From: an uncultured delta proteobacterium
GTDB lineage: Bacteria > Myxococcota_A > Polyangia > Polyangiales > Polyangiaceae
Direction: 5' to 3'
Assembly: GCA_963841435.1 (NCBI GenBank)
Contig: CAWJCS010000003.1
Coordinates: 1,152,001 to 1,216,000, forward strand
Length of the DNA stretch: 64,000 bases
Both the position numbers and the translations under genes were made by a program. This document shows positions 47,693-56,946 of the stretch, piece after piece (position 1 is the stretch's first letter; every line of letters begins with the position of its first letter). The notes under the pieces are model-generated. The model had not been told where the DNA came from and ran no database searches. It worked only from the letters and a program-made list of their open reading frames with translations.

Positions 47693-48694
47693 TCAGCGAT
47701 CGATCGCGCGATCGAGGCGCGCTTCGGGCGAAAACCCTGCGAGCGTGTCGACGACGAAGCGCGGGCGCCGCTTCAGGACCTCGTAGACCTTCGCCAGGTA
47801 CGTCCCGATGACGCCGAGCAGCACGAACAAGACGCCGAACATGAGCGACATCACCGTCATCACCGAAGCCCAGCCCGGGACGACGCGCCCCTCGGTGTAC
47901 GTGTAGAAGATGTAGCAAAGCTCCACGAACGCGAGGGCGCTCGTCACGAAACCTGCGAAGATGCCCAGGCGCAGCGGGAGTGCCGAAAAAGACACGATGG
48001 CGTCCCCCGAAAAGCGCAGCATCTTGCGCAGCGTGAATTTCGAGGCGCCGGAGCGCCGGGGGTCGGCACGATACGGCACGAGCAGAGTCCGGTAGCCGAG
48101 CCAGTTGACGAGCCCGCGCAGGAACAGATCGGCGTCGCCGAGGCGCACGAGAGCGTCGACGGCGCGCCGGTCCAGGAGTCGAAAGTCCGACGATCCGGGC
48201 TCCATCTTCACGCCGGTGAGCCGCGAGAACAGCCCGTAGAACGCCCGCGAAGTCGTGCGCTTGAACCAGCCGGTGTCGTTGCTGTCGGTACGGCGCGTGT
48301 TGACGACGGGGTAGCCCTGTTTCCACGCCGCGAGCAGCTCGAGCAGAACCCGAGGGGGATGCTGCAGGTCGCCGTCCATCGTGACCACGGCACGCCCGGC
48401 AGCGAGGTTCAGCCCGGCGAGCAGAGCACCCTGGTGGCCGAAGTTGCGCGAAAGGCAGACCCCGCGGACGGCGCCGTGCGCGTCCGCCGCCTCGACGATC
48501 GCTTGCCAGGTCCCGTCGCGGCTACCGTCGTCGACGAGGATGATTTCGCAATCGACACCCGCCCCATTCAGCACCTCGAGCACGGCGTCGACGAACGCTC
48601 GGACGTTCGCCGCCTCGTTGTACATCGGCGCGACGACGCTCAGCTCCGGACGACCGTCGGCATGCGTTAACGGAGGCGCAGGGCTCGCGGGCAC
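47693..48694 (-). CDS. GT2 polyprenol-phosphate glycosyltransferase (GtrB/DPM1-like)
   Basis: SVVAPMYNE, VDDGSRD, SRNFGHQ.A..AGL, MDGDLQHPP, SDFRLLDR, two TMs. Confidence 0.92.
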   Translation of the reverse strand: MPASPAPPLTHADGRPELSVVAPMYNEAANVRAFVDAVLEVLNGAGVDCEIILVDDGSRDGTWQAIVEAADAHGAVRGVCLSRNFGHQGALLAGLNLAAGRAVVTMDGDLQHPPRVLLELLAAWKQGYPVVNTRRTDSNDTGWFKRTTSRAFYGLFSRLTGVKMEPGSSDFRLLDRRAVDALVRLGDADLFLRGLVNWLGYRTLLVPYRADPRRSGASKFTLRKMLRFSGDAIVSFSALPLRLGIFAGFVTSALAFVELCYIFYTYTEGRVVPGWASVMTVMSLMFGVLFVLLGVIGTYLAKVYEVLKRRPRFVVDTLAGFSPEARLDRAIDR

Positions 48695-48755
48695 GCGCCC
48701 ATACTATCGCATTGCGCAGGGCTACAAGCTCGACTAGTGCTCTCCCATCCGAACC

Positions 48756-50528
48756 GTGCAGAAGTGGCTGAAAGAGCGGCGAGACGAGCTCCTCGAGCGC
48801 GCACGGCGCTTGCCCGAACAGGTGAAGAGCCTCGGGCCGTTCGATTGGCTCAAGCTCGCCAGTAGCGTGGTGTTGCTGGTCGTCGCCCTCTTCTGGCTAC
48901 GGAGCTGGTACGACGGCAACGAGCCCATCCTGCGCGATCCGTTCCTGCAGCCGGACGACGCGCGCACGGCAATCTTTCCCTTCCACCGCTACGGCCCGGG
49001 CGCGCCGCTCGCCGACGACCCCATCGCCAACGAGATGCTCGAGTACCAGCCGTACGCGTACCGGCTGCTGTTCCGCGTCACCGTGCCCTTCGTCGGCCTG
49101 CTCATGGCGACGAAGTACGTCCAGGCGCTGCTCATCGGCATCGTGCTCGCGACCGGCGTCGTGCTTGCCGAGAACCGGCGCGCCGGCCTCGCGACGGGCG
49201 TCCTCTTCGTCTTCGTGTACCTGCACGACACCTCCGTTCAAGATCGCATCTGCGGAGGGCTACCGCGCGGCTTCGGGTTCCCCGTGGTCGGGCTGTGGCT
49301 CGCCGGCGCGTTGATGGACCGGCCGTGGGTGCGCCGCGCCGGGGCCATCCTCGGCGCGCTCACCTACCCTTCGGGCCTCGCCATCACGCTCGGCGCGGAG
49401 GGGGTCTACGCGCTGCGTGGCCTCGGCCGCATCGGTCGCCACACGATCCTCCGGCGCTTGCGCCACTACGCCCTTTTGGTCGCGGCGTGCGTGGCGCTGC
49501 TCGCACCGACCGTGCTGTTCGGCATGTCGAACGGCGGCCCGATCCACACGCTGGAGCAAGCCGAAAAGGAGCCCGCCTTCGGGCGCACGGGCAGGCTCCG
49601 CGTGCTGCCCTTTCCTGATCCAGCCCAGGAGTTCGCCAAGGCCTTCTTCGGCGCGTTCGAGCAGAAGGGACCGTCGCCTTTCGAAGGCATGCGGGACTTC
49701 GTCAAGGAGCACGACGCCGAGGTGGCGCTGTCGGCCGCCGCCGCGCTCGTCGCTCTGCCGCTATTGCGCGTGGCCCCCATCCCCTTGCCGGCGACGGCTT
49801 GCCTCGTGTCGAGCCTGGTGCTCTACGTGCTGGCGCGCGGGTTCGCTTTCCGGCTGTATTCGCCGGAACGCTACTATCTCATCGGAATGCGCACGGTCGC
49901 GCTCGCGCTCATCGTGTCGGGCGTGGGGCTCGTGGGGCCCCGACTCTCGCGCCGCTACCGGAGCACGGTGCGCAACCTCGCGGCGACGCTCGCCATCGTC
50001 GCGATCTGGGGCGGGCTCGGCAACGGCGTGCGCATCCCGGAGATGGGATACGACATCGATTACCGCAGGGATCAACCGCTCTGGGAGTTCATCAAGAAGC
50101 TGCCCATCGGGACGCGCTTCGGCTGTCACATCGGGGACTGCGACAGCATCCCGCTCTTCACGGCACGCGCGAACACGGGAGGATTCGAGACGTTGCAGCC
50201 CTGGCTCACGGAGTCGTGGGCGCGCCAGAAGGTCCGCACGCACGACGTGCTCTCGGCCATCTACGCCACGGACACGGACGCGCTCTTCGCGTTCTGCGAC
50301 GAGTACAAGGTCACCCATCTCTTGGTGAACCAGAACCGCTACCACGACGACTTCGTCGCACGAGCGCGGAGCTTCGAGCCGTTCACGACGTTCACGCGCG
50401 ATCTCTTGCGCGGCGTGCATACCGAGGATCTCGTGCTCGGCCACGTCCCGCCGGAGGCGGTGATCTTCCGCTACCGAGCGTACCTTCTCGTGAGCGTCGA
50501 CCGCTTACGCACGGCTTGGGAGAAGTGA
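48756..50528 (+). CDS. Multi-TM membrane protein, putative GT-C glycosyltransferase (paralog of 29478-31175)
   Basis: PDDARTAIFPF, GGLPRGFG, PERY, KVTHLLVN. Confidence 0.6.
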   Translation: MQKWLKERRDELLERARRLPEQVKSLGPFDWLKLASSVVLLVVALFWLRSWYDGNEPILRDPFLQPDDARTAIFPFHRYGPGAPLADDPIANEMLEYQPYAYRLLFRVTVPFVGLLMATKYVQALLIGIVLATGVVLAENRRAGLATGVLFVFVYLHDTSVQDRICGGLPRGFGFPVVGLWLAGALMDRPWVRRAGAILGALTYPSGLAITLGAEGVYALRGLGRIGRHTILRRLRHYALLVAACVALLAPTVLFGMSNGGPIHTLEQAEKEPAFGRTGRLRVLPFPDPAQEFAKAFFGAFEQKGPSPFEGMRDFVKEHDAEVALSAAAALVALPLLRVAPIPLPATACLVSSLVLYVLARGFAFRLYSPERYYLIGMRTVALALIVSGVGLVGPRLSRRYRSTVRNLAATLAIVAIWGGLGNGVRIPEMGYDIDYRRDQPLWEFIKKLPIGTRFGCHIGDCDSIPLFTARANTGGFETLQPWLTESWARQKVRTHDVLSAIYATDTDALFAFCDEYKVTHLLVNQNRYHDDFVARARSFEPFTTFTRDLLRGVHTEDLVLGHVPPEAVIFRYRAYLLVSVDRLRTAWEK

Positions 50529-50550
50529 GCGACGCGCACGCCCGCGCGCG

Positions 50551-51480
50551 TCAACCGAGCGACGCGCGCGTCTCGTCGAGCCCCTCGGCGAGGCCCACGA
50601 GCGTGCCGAGGTAGCGCTCCGGCAGGCGCGGCTCGAGCAGCGAAACTCCGAGATCCCCCTCTCGCGACGGGCGATCCTCTATTTTACTCCCGCTTTTCGT
50701 CACGTTCAAGATCGTCTGGGCGAGCTCGAGCGTGGTCGTCGGAACGCCCGTGCCGACATTCGCGACGTTTTCGCTGACGACACCCGTCAGCGCGAGAACG
50801 TTCATGCGCGCGACGTCTTTTACGTACACGTAATCGCGCACACAACCGCCGTCACCGGGAGCCTTCCTTGCGTTGACGAACAGGGTACGCCCGGCGCGCG
50901 CGGCGTCGAGGAAGATTGCAATCACGCCGGCCTCGCCGTGCGGGTCTTGACGCGGGCCGTAGACGTTGGCGTAGCGAAGAATGCGCGCGTCGAGGCCGCG
51001 ATGGCGTCGGTACATCGCGAGCAAGAGCTCGAGCGTTAGCTTGTGGATCGCATACGGGCTCTCGGGGGCGGGCGGCGTCGATTCGTCCGCGCGCGTTCCG
51101 ATCGGCACCTCGCCGTAGATGGCTCCGCCCGTGCTCGCGAACACCACACGCTCGACGTCGACGGCGAGGCAAGCCTCCACGAGGTGCAATCCGCCGAGCA
51201 CGTTCACCTCGGCATCGAGGATCGGCTCGCGCATGCTCACGGCGACGCTCGCCTGCGCTGCCTGGTGGCAGACAGCCTGCGGTCGCACCTCGGCAAGCAC
51301 GCCGGCCGTCGCCTCGCGATCGCGCAGATCCGTGACGAAGAGCCGCGCACCGGACGGCACGTTCTCGCGCCGTCCAGAGCTCAGATTGTCGAGGATTGTG
51401 ACCTCGTGCCCCCCCGCGAGCAGCTGATCTGCCACGTGGCTTCCGATGAAGCCGGCGCCGCCGGTGACGAGGACACGCAC
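50551..51480 (-). CDS. NAD-dependent epimerase/dehydratase (UDP-glucose 4-epimerase-like)
   Basis: TGGAGFIG, HQAAQ.SV, STGGAIYG, YAIHK, RYANVYGPRQ, RDYVYV.D. Confidence 0.92.
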   Translation of the reverse strand: MRVLVTGGAGFIGSHVADQLLAGGHEVTILDNLSSGRRENVPSGARLFVTDLRDREATAGVLAEVRPQAVCHQAAQASVAVSMREPILDAEVNVLGGLHLVEACLAVDVERVVFASTGGAIYGEVPIGTRADESTPPAPESPYAIHKLTLELLLAMYRRHRGLDARILRYANVYGPRQDPHGEAGVIAIFLDAARAGRTLFVNARKAPGDGGCVRDYVYVKDVARMNVLALTGVVSENVANVGTGVPTTTLELAQTILNVTKSGSKIEDRPSREGDLGVSLLEPRLPERYLGTLVGLAEGLDETRASLG

Positions 51481-51549
51481 GGCACGGCTCGTATCACGAC
51501 CACGCTTCGCTTCCCAGGTGGGAAACGCGCGGAGCCCCGAGGATCAGGG

Positions 51550-53511
51550 CTAGTCGTCCCCGTCGTCCTGGTCTTCTTTGTCGCCCTTGGGGCCGCCGTC
51601 GTACGAGCGTGGCCGGTACTTCTTTTGCACGCCGCCGTGCTCCTTGCCGTGGTGCACGATGTCGGTCGCCAGAAACGCGAGCCAGCTGCCCGGGTGGGCG
51701 TCGGCCATGCTCAGAAGCTCGCTCTCGTGGGGCTCGATGTGCTTTTCGTCCCAGAGGCACTGCAAGGCGAGGGCGATCAGGTTGGGGTCGTTCGGCGCGA
51801 GCTCGAAACCGCGCACGTAGCTCGGCCAGGCGTCGGAGACGCGGTGCAAACGGCAGAGCGTGTCGCCGAGATAGATGTGGGCCATGGCCCAGCGCGGCGC
51901 TAGCTCGAGCGCACGCTGGTTGGCAGCGAGGCGCTCGTCGAGACGGCCGCGTGCCCCGACCATCACCGAGTAGTTGAGGTGGGCCTTCGCGCTGTTGCCG
52001 ACGGAGTTCTTGGTCGCGCGCCAGAACACGAGATCGTCGGTGTAGTCGAAGGCGTGCCAGCGGGCCTGGGCCGCCTGGAAGCCGAACCACAGCGCGAGGG
52101 CGTAGGCCGCGCGCCGTGAGGGAAAGCGGTGGCGCAGCCACGGCACGAGCGGCGCGAGCAGCATGACGGCGCCCATGGCGGGCAGGTACCAGAAGCGCTC
52201 GGCGCGCACCGTGGGCAGGAGCACCGGGATGTTCGAGTGCGGAAAGTAGGCGACGGGGACCCACAAGAGCCCGACGGCGACGAGCCCGCGGACGCGCGTT
52301 CCGAGCCCGAGCGGAGCGACCTCGCCGGGCGAGACGGTCGCCGGCCTCTGCGCGCGATCGCGCCGCTCGGCAAAGAGCGCGCTCACCCACACTCCCAACG
52401 CGACGAGCGGCGGCAGGAGCAACGCGAGGCCGCCAAGCACGCTCTCGACGCCGAACAAGCGCGCGGGGACCGGCTCCGCCGGGAAGGAGTAGTCGCCGCT
52501 CAGCCGCCACGGAAAGACGAGCTGCCCGAGCCCGCGCGCGTAGACGCGCATAGCCCCGGAGATGCGATGCGGCAGGTCGGCCCCGACGAGCGGGTTGTTG
52601 ATCGGGTCGTGCGGCAAGGGTGGCTGGGCGAACCAGCGCAAGAAGGCGTGGAATGCGCGCAACGGCGCCCACTCCGAGCTGAGCTGAGCGGCGGACTCGG
52701 GCGATGCGACCGGAAAAAAGCGACGGCGAAGGTACGTGTAGGCGACGAGCGCCAGCAACGAGAAGACGAGCGTCGCGCCGGCGCGCAGCACGCGGCGGGG
52801 TCGCGCGTGCAGGAACGGCGCGAGGCAGAGCGCCGCCCACGTGACGAGCGGCAGAGCGACGATCACGCTCTCCTTGGAGAGCAGCCCCAAGAACAGCGCC
52901 AGAAAGACGCCGAGCGGCAGAAGCCAACCGGAAAGCCTGAGCGCGTGCAGCGCCGCGACCACCCCCAGCCCCCCGAGCACGTCGGCGATGCCCACGACGC
53001 CCGACACCGCTTCGGTGAGCACCGCAAACGAAAGAAACATGCCGCCGGCGATCCAGCCGTGGTCGCGGCGACGGGTCACCGCGAAAACGAAGCTCGCGAG
53101 CAGCGCGGCGTTGAGCGCGTGCACGACGACGTTGACGAGGTGATGCAAGAAGGGCGCGGTGCTCACGTGCCAGAGCGCGCGCCAGATGAGGTTTGGCAGC
53201 GGGCGGTAGGAGCCAATGCTGCGATCGGCGGCGAGACCCCAGAAGTCGCGGCGGAACGCCTCCCAGAAGGCGAGACCCCGGCCGTTGACGTAGGGGTTCG
53301 CGAGCAGTGCCTCCTGCTCGTCGAAGATGTAGTTCGACAGCGGGCTTCTCGTGTAGAGCAGCGCCGAAATCAAGAGTGAAAGCCCGAAGGTCGCCTTGAA
53401 CGTCGGGTCGCGGTCGGCGACGTGGCGGACGAGACTCGACGCCGTCGCCCGCAGGCTCTCGGCCAGGCGGCGCCCCAGGGAGGGCCGCGTCGGGATGGGG
53501 AGCTGGTTCAC
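51550..53511 (-). CDS. TMTC-like (DUF1736-type) O-mannosyltransferase homolog with C-terminal TPR
   Basis: FDEQEALLANP...DFWG.....GSYRPL, H.VNV..H, EAVSGVVG.AD.L, LSKES, NNP, FPW.LS.DYS, AERFWYLP, then KAHLNY TPR. Confidence 0.78.
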   Translation of the reverse strand: MNQLPIPTRPSLGRRLAESLRATASSLVRHVADRDPTFKATFGLSLLISALLYTRSPLSNYIFDEQEALLANPYVNGRGLAFWEAFRRDFWGLAADRSIGSYRPLPNLIWRALWHVSTAPFLHHLVNVVVHALNAALLASFVFAVTRRRDHGWIAGGMFLSFAVLTEAVSGVVGIADVLGGLGVVAALHALRLSGWLLPLGVFLALFLGLLSKESVIVALPLVTWAALCLAPFLHARPRRVLRAGATLVFSLLALVAYTYLRRRFFPVASPESAAQLSSEWAPLRAFHAFLRWFAQPPLPHDPINNPLVGADLPHRISGAMRVYARGLGQLVFPWRLSGDYSFPAEPVPARLFGVESVLGGLALLLPPLVALGVWVSALFAERRDRAQRPATVSPGEVAPLGLGTRVRGLVAVGLLWVPVAYFPHSNIPVLLPTVRAERFWYLPAMGAVMLLAPLVPWLRHRFPSRRAAYALALWFGFQAAQARWHAFDYTDDLVFWRATKNSVGNSAKAHLNYSVMVGARGRLDERLAANQRALELAPRWAMAHIYLGDTLCRLHRVSDAWPSYVRGFELAPNDPNLIALALQCLWDEKHIEPHESELLSMADAHPGSWLAFLATDIVHHGKEHGGVQKKYRPRSYDGGPKGDKEDQDDGDD

Positions 53512-53563
53512 CTCGGGGGCCTTCGGGTAGCACCGCGCGGCCGGGTCGAGTAGTCCCGCCGGC

Positions 53564-54925
53564 ATGGGCGCCCTGCCGGCCTTCGACGGTTGCGACGTGA
53601 CGGAGAAGATCCGTGGCGGCCCGATCGTCGAGCAGTACCGGGCCACTCAGATCCCCCTCGGTCGTTCGGTGACGATCAAGGCGCTCGGTCCGAGCATCCT
53701 ACCGTCGTCGCCGTTCGCCGCCGCGCTCGAGCGCGAGGCCCAGCTGCTCGCGAAGCTCGGCCACCCGAACGTGATCACGCTTCACGATTTCATCCAGCGC
53801 GGCGAGCGCATGTGGCTCGTGCTCGAGTACATCGACGGCTGGTCGCTCGCCGAGGTGCGCGGGCGCGTGGGACGCCTGCCGGAGCCCGCCGCCGTCGCCA
53901 TCGCCCTCGCGATCGCCGAAGGGCTCGCGCATGCGCACTCGCGCGGCGTCGTGCACCGCGACCTCTCGCCGACGAACGTGCTCGTCTCGCGCGAAGGCGA
54001 GGTGAAGATCACCGATTTTTCCGTCGCCTCCGACCAGCGCTTGCCGACGGCGCCCGAGCTCTTCGCGGGCGCTCAGAGCAAGAGCTCGCTCGCGTACTCG
54101 TCGCCGGAGCAAGTGCTCGGCGAGCAGCCCGATCCGCGCAGTGACCTGTTCTCGCTCGGCGTGTTGTTGTTCGAGTTGCTCGCGGGTCAGCCTCCGTTCG
54201 GCGGCGACGACGATCCGGGAGCAACGGTGCGAATTCGCAACGAGCAGGCGCCGCCGCTCGGACGTTTCGTGCCGACGGTTTCCCCCTCCGTCGAGCGCGT
54301 CGTGCAGCGCTGCCTGCAGAAGCTGCCCGCGGATCGCTTTCAGTCGGCCGAAGAGCTCGCGCACGCCCTAAAAGGGGCGCTCACCGAGCTCGGCGTGGGG
54401 CGCGAGGAAGGCGTCCTCAGCGCGCTCGCCGCCGCCGATCTGCTTCCCAACGAGCCAGGCACTCAGGTGGCGCCGCCGGGGACTCGGAAGAGCGGCAGCA
54501 CCGTGCGCGGCGTCGCACGGGTGCTCGTGCTCGCGGGCTTGCTCATCGTCGGAGGCACCGCGGCGATTCAGCTCCTACTGCAACGCAGTGGAACCGATCC
54601 GGGGCGTGCGGCACGCGGGAGGCTCGACCTCGCCCCGGCGAGCCCGGCCTACTTGAGGGTCGTCGCGGAACCCTGGGCCGACGTGATCGTCGACGGGCAA
54701 AAGGTGGAGACCACGCCGTTCGCTCGACCGATCGCGCTATCGTCGGGTGTCCACTACGTTCGACTCGAACATCCCCAGGCGCCGCCGGAACGTCGCACCG
54801 TCGAGTTCGCACCCGGGGAGACCGTCTTGCTCGACGTGACCATGCGGGTGCGTCGGCCGCCGAGCACGACGGCGCCGGGGGCATCGCTGCCCTCGGCCAC
54901 CGAACCGGCGGATTCATCCCCCTGA
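53564..54925 (+). CDS. Ser/Thr protein kinase-like, TM, C-terminal PEGA-like domain
   Basis: VTIK, HPNV, HRDLSPTN, TDFS, SPEQ, SDLFSLG; PWADVIVDG..TTP. Confidence 0.88.
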   Translation: MGALPAFDGCDVTEKIRGGPIVEQYRATQIPLGRSVTIKALGPSILPSSPFAAALEREAQLLAKLGHPNVITLHDFIQRGERMWLVLEYIDGWSLAEVRGRVGRLPEPAAVAIALAIAEGLAHAHSRGVVHRDLSPTNVLVSREGEVKITDFSVASDQRLPTAPELFAGAQSKSSLAYSSPEQVLGEQPDPRSDLFSLGVLLFELLAGQPPFGGDDDPGATVRIRNEQAPPLGRFVPTVSPSVERVVQRCLQKLPADRFQSAEELAHALKGALTELGVGREEGVLSALAAADLLPNEPGTQVAPPGTRKSGSTVRGVARVLVLAGLLIVGGTAAIQLLLQRSGTDPGRAARGRLDLAPASPAYLRVVAEPWADVIVDGQKVETTPFARPIALSSGVHYVRLEHPQAPPERRTVEFAPGETVLLDVTMRVRRPPSTTAPGASLPSATEPADSSP

Positions 54926-54938
54926 CCATCCCCCTGAC
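54915..54938 (+). repeat. 12-bp perfect tandem duplication CATCCCCCTGAC x2 spanning the kinase stop codon
   Basis: Read directly from the sequence. Confidence 0.85.
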
Positions 54939-55058
54939 ACAGAGGCGCAGGCGTTAGCGCGGGGAAGCTCGCCAAGGGCCCGGTCGTGTGGTTCAATTTC
55001 GAAGAGTCTCTGGGCCCTGGGGTCCGTATCGGGACTATCCACCGCCAGAACCAACACC

Positions 55059-56921
55059 ATGCACGTCGAGCTGCGATCGGGGTCGCGACTGGGTCGCTAC
55101 GAGCTCTTGGTGGAGCTCGGGCTCGGCGGCATGGCCAGCGTCTGGATCGCCCGCGAGCCGAGTGACGTCGGGGACCGCCTCGTCGCCCTGAAGGCGATGC
55201 TGCCCGAGCTCGCGCAGCAGCCCGACTTTCGCACGATGTTCCTCGAGGAGGGGCAGATCGTCCGGAGCATCGAGCACCCGAACGTCGTTCGTGTGCATGA
55301 GGTCGGCGAGGACCGCGGCACGCTGTTCATGGCGATGGAGTGGGTCCGCGGCGACTCGCTGCGTGCCGTCATCCGCGAGGCGCGTCGGCGTCGGCCCATT
55401 CCGTCGGAAATGGCGGTGCGCATCATCGCCGACACGGCCGCGGGGCTGCACGCGGCTCACGAGCTGCGCGGCTGGGACGGCGAGCTCCGCAATCTCGTCC
55501 ACTGCGACGTTTCGCCCCACAACATCCTGGTGGGTGTCGACGGCAAAGCGCGGCTCGTCAACTTCGGCGTCGCAAACGGCACCGCCTACGGCGATCCCGA
55601 TGGTGACGAGAAGGTGAAGGGTAAGTTCGGCTACATGTCGCCGGAGCAGGCGGCCGGCGCTCGCATCGATCGGCGCAGCGACGTGTTCGCGCTCGGGATC
55701 GTGCTGTTCGAGCTGACGACCGGCGAGCGGCTATTCCGCGGTGAAACTCCAGCGCACACGCTCGAGCTCGTCACGGCCGCCCAGGTCCCCCACCCCGGGC
55801 AAGTGCTCGAAGGGTACCCCGAAGGCCTCGTGCCGATCGTGCAGAAGGCGCTCGCGCACGACCCCGGTGAGCGCTTCCAGACGGCCGAGGAAATGCGCAA
55901 CGCGCTCGATCAATTCCTGGTCAGCGAGCGGATGCTGGTCTCGCACGCGAGCGTCGGAAAGCTGGTGCGCAAGGTGCTCTTGCCTCGCCTCGAGCAGCAG
56001 GACGAGGCGCTGCGCCGCGCGCTTTTGGCCACCGACGGCATGGTGCGCGCCGGCCTGGTGCCCGAGATGGCGGCGTTCGATTCGCATCCCGGGCGGCTGT
56101 CCGAGCCCCCGACGAGCAGCCATCCCTTCGGTAGCGCCGGCCCCTTTCAGCAGACGCTCCGCAACACCCGTTCGCCGCGGCGCGCCCCCATCGGCGCGGT
56201 GGTGTTCGGGGCGCTCGGCGTGCTGGCCGCCGTCGGCGCGATCGTGTGGACGACGCTCCAGGTGAAGCCGAACGTGCTCGTGACGGCGCCGGGCACGCCA
56301 TCGCGTAGTGGGGCCGCCCGGGCGACGAACGAGCCCGCTCACCCGGGTGCCGACGCCGTGAGCTTCGACGGAATCCCCGTGCTCGAAAAGGACCTCGGGC
56401 GCGCTCCCCAGAACAATCCCGGCGTCGCTGCGCCCCATCGGGTCACCGTCAAGCTCGACGAAGAACCGGGCTCTGCCGGGCCAGCAACGACGACGCCACC
56501 AAAGCGGGAGAAGGTCGTGCTCGAGGAGTCGGCGCAGCACGCCGTCCCGCGCCCGGCCCCGACGGCAACCACGACGGCAACGGCGGTCGCCGTGACGCTC
56601 GACGAGCAGCCGACGACAGCCAAGACGGCGACCGTCGTACCAGAGAGCGAGCGGGGGCCGCTCAATCGGGGTGCCGCACTCTCCGCGCTGTCGGCCGCCG
56701 CCAATCGTGCGACGGCGTGCCGCAACCCGGACGGGCCGTCGGGCTCTGGGCGCGCGATGGTCACGTTTTCGCCCGACGGGCCCGTGAGCGCGGTCTCTCT
56801 GCCCGCGCCGTTTTCGGGCACGGGCGTGGGGTCGTGCGTCAGCACGGCTTTCCGCGCCGCCCACGTGCCCGCGTTCACCGGCAGCGCCGTCACGCTACCC
56901 CAGAGCTTTCGCATCCCCTGA
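55059..56921 (+). CDS. Ser/Thr protein kinase-like, TM, periplasmic C-terminal domain
   Basis: LGLGGMASVW, VALK, HCDVSPHN, VNFG, GKFGYMSPEQ, SDVFALG. Confidence 0.9.
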   Translation: MHVELRSGSRLGRYELLVELGLGGMASVWIAREPSDVGDRLVALKAMLPELAQQPDFRTMFLEEGQIVRSIEHPNVVRVHEVGEDRGTLFMAMEWVRGDSLRAVIREARRRRPIPSEMAVRIIADTAAGLHAAHELRGWDGELRNLVHCDVSPHNILVGVDGKARLVNFGVANGTAYGDPDGDEKVKGKFGYMSPEQAAGARIDRRSDVFALGIVLFELTTGERLFRGETPAHTLELVTAAQVPHPGQVLEGYPEGLVPIVQKALAHDPGERFQTAEEMRNALDQFLVSERMLVSHASVGKLVRKVLLPRLEQQDEALRRALLATDGMVRAGLVPEMAAFDSHPGRLSEPPTSSHPFGSAGPFQQTLRNTRSPRRAPIGAVVFGALGVLAAVGAIVWTTLQVKPNVLVTAPGTPSRSGAARATNEPAHPGADAVSFDGIPVLEKDLGRAPQNNPGVAAPHRVTVKLDEEPGSAGPATTTPPKREKVVLEESAQHAVPRPAPTATTTATAVAVTLDEQPTTAKTATVVPESERGPLNRGAALSALSAAANRATACRNPDGPSGSGRAMVTFSPDGPVSAVSLPAPFSGTGVGSCVSTAFRAAHVPAFTGSAVTLPQSFRIP

Positions 56922-56946
56922 GTCGACGCGTTCGGCGGTCGCGCCC

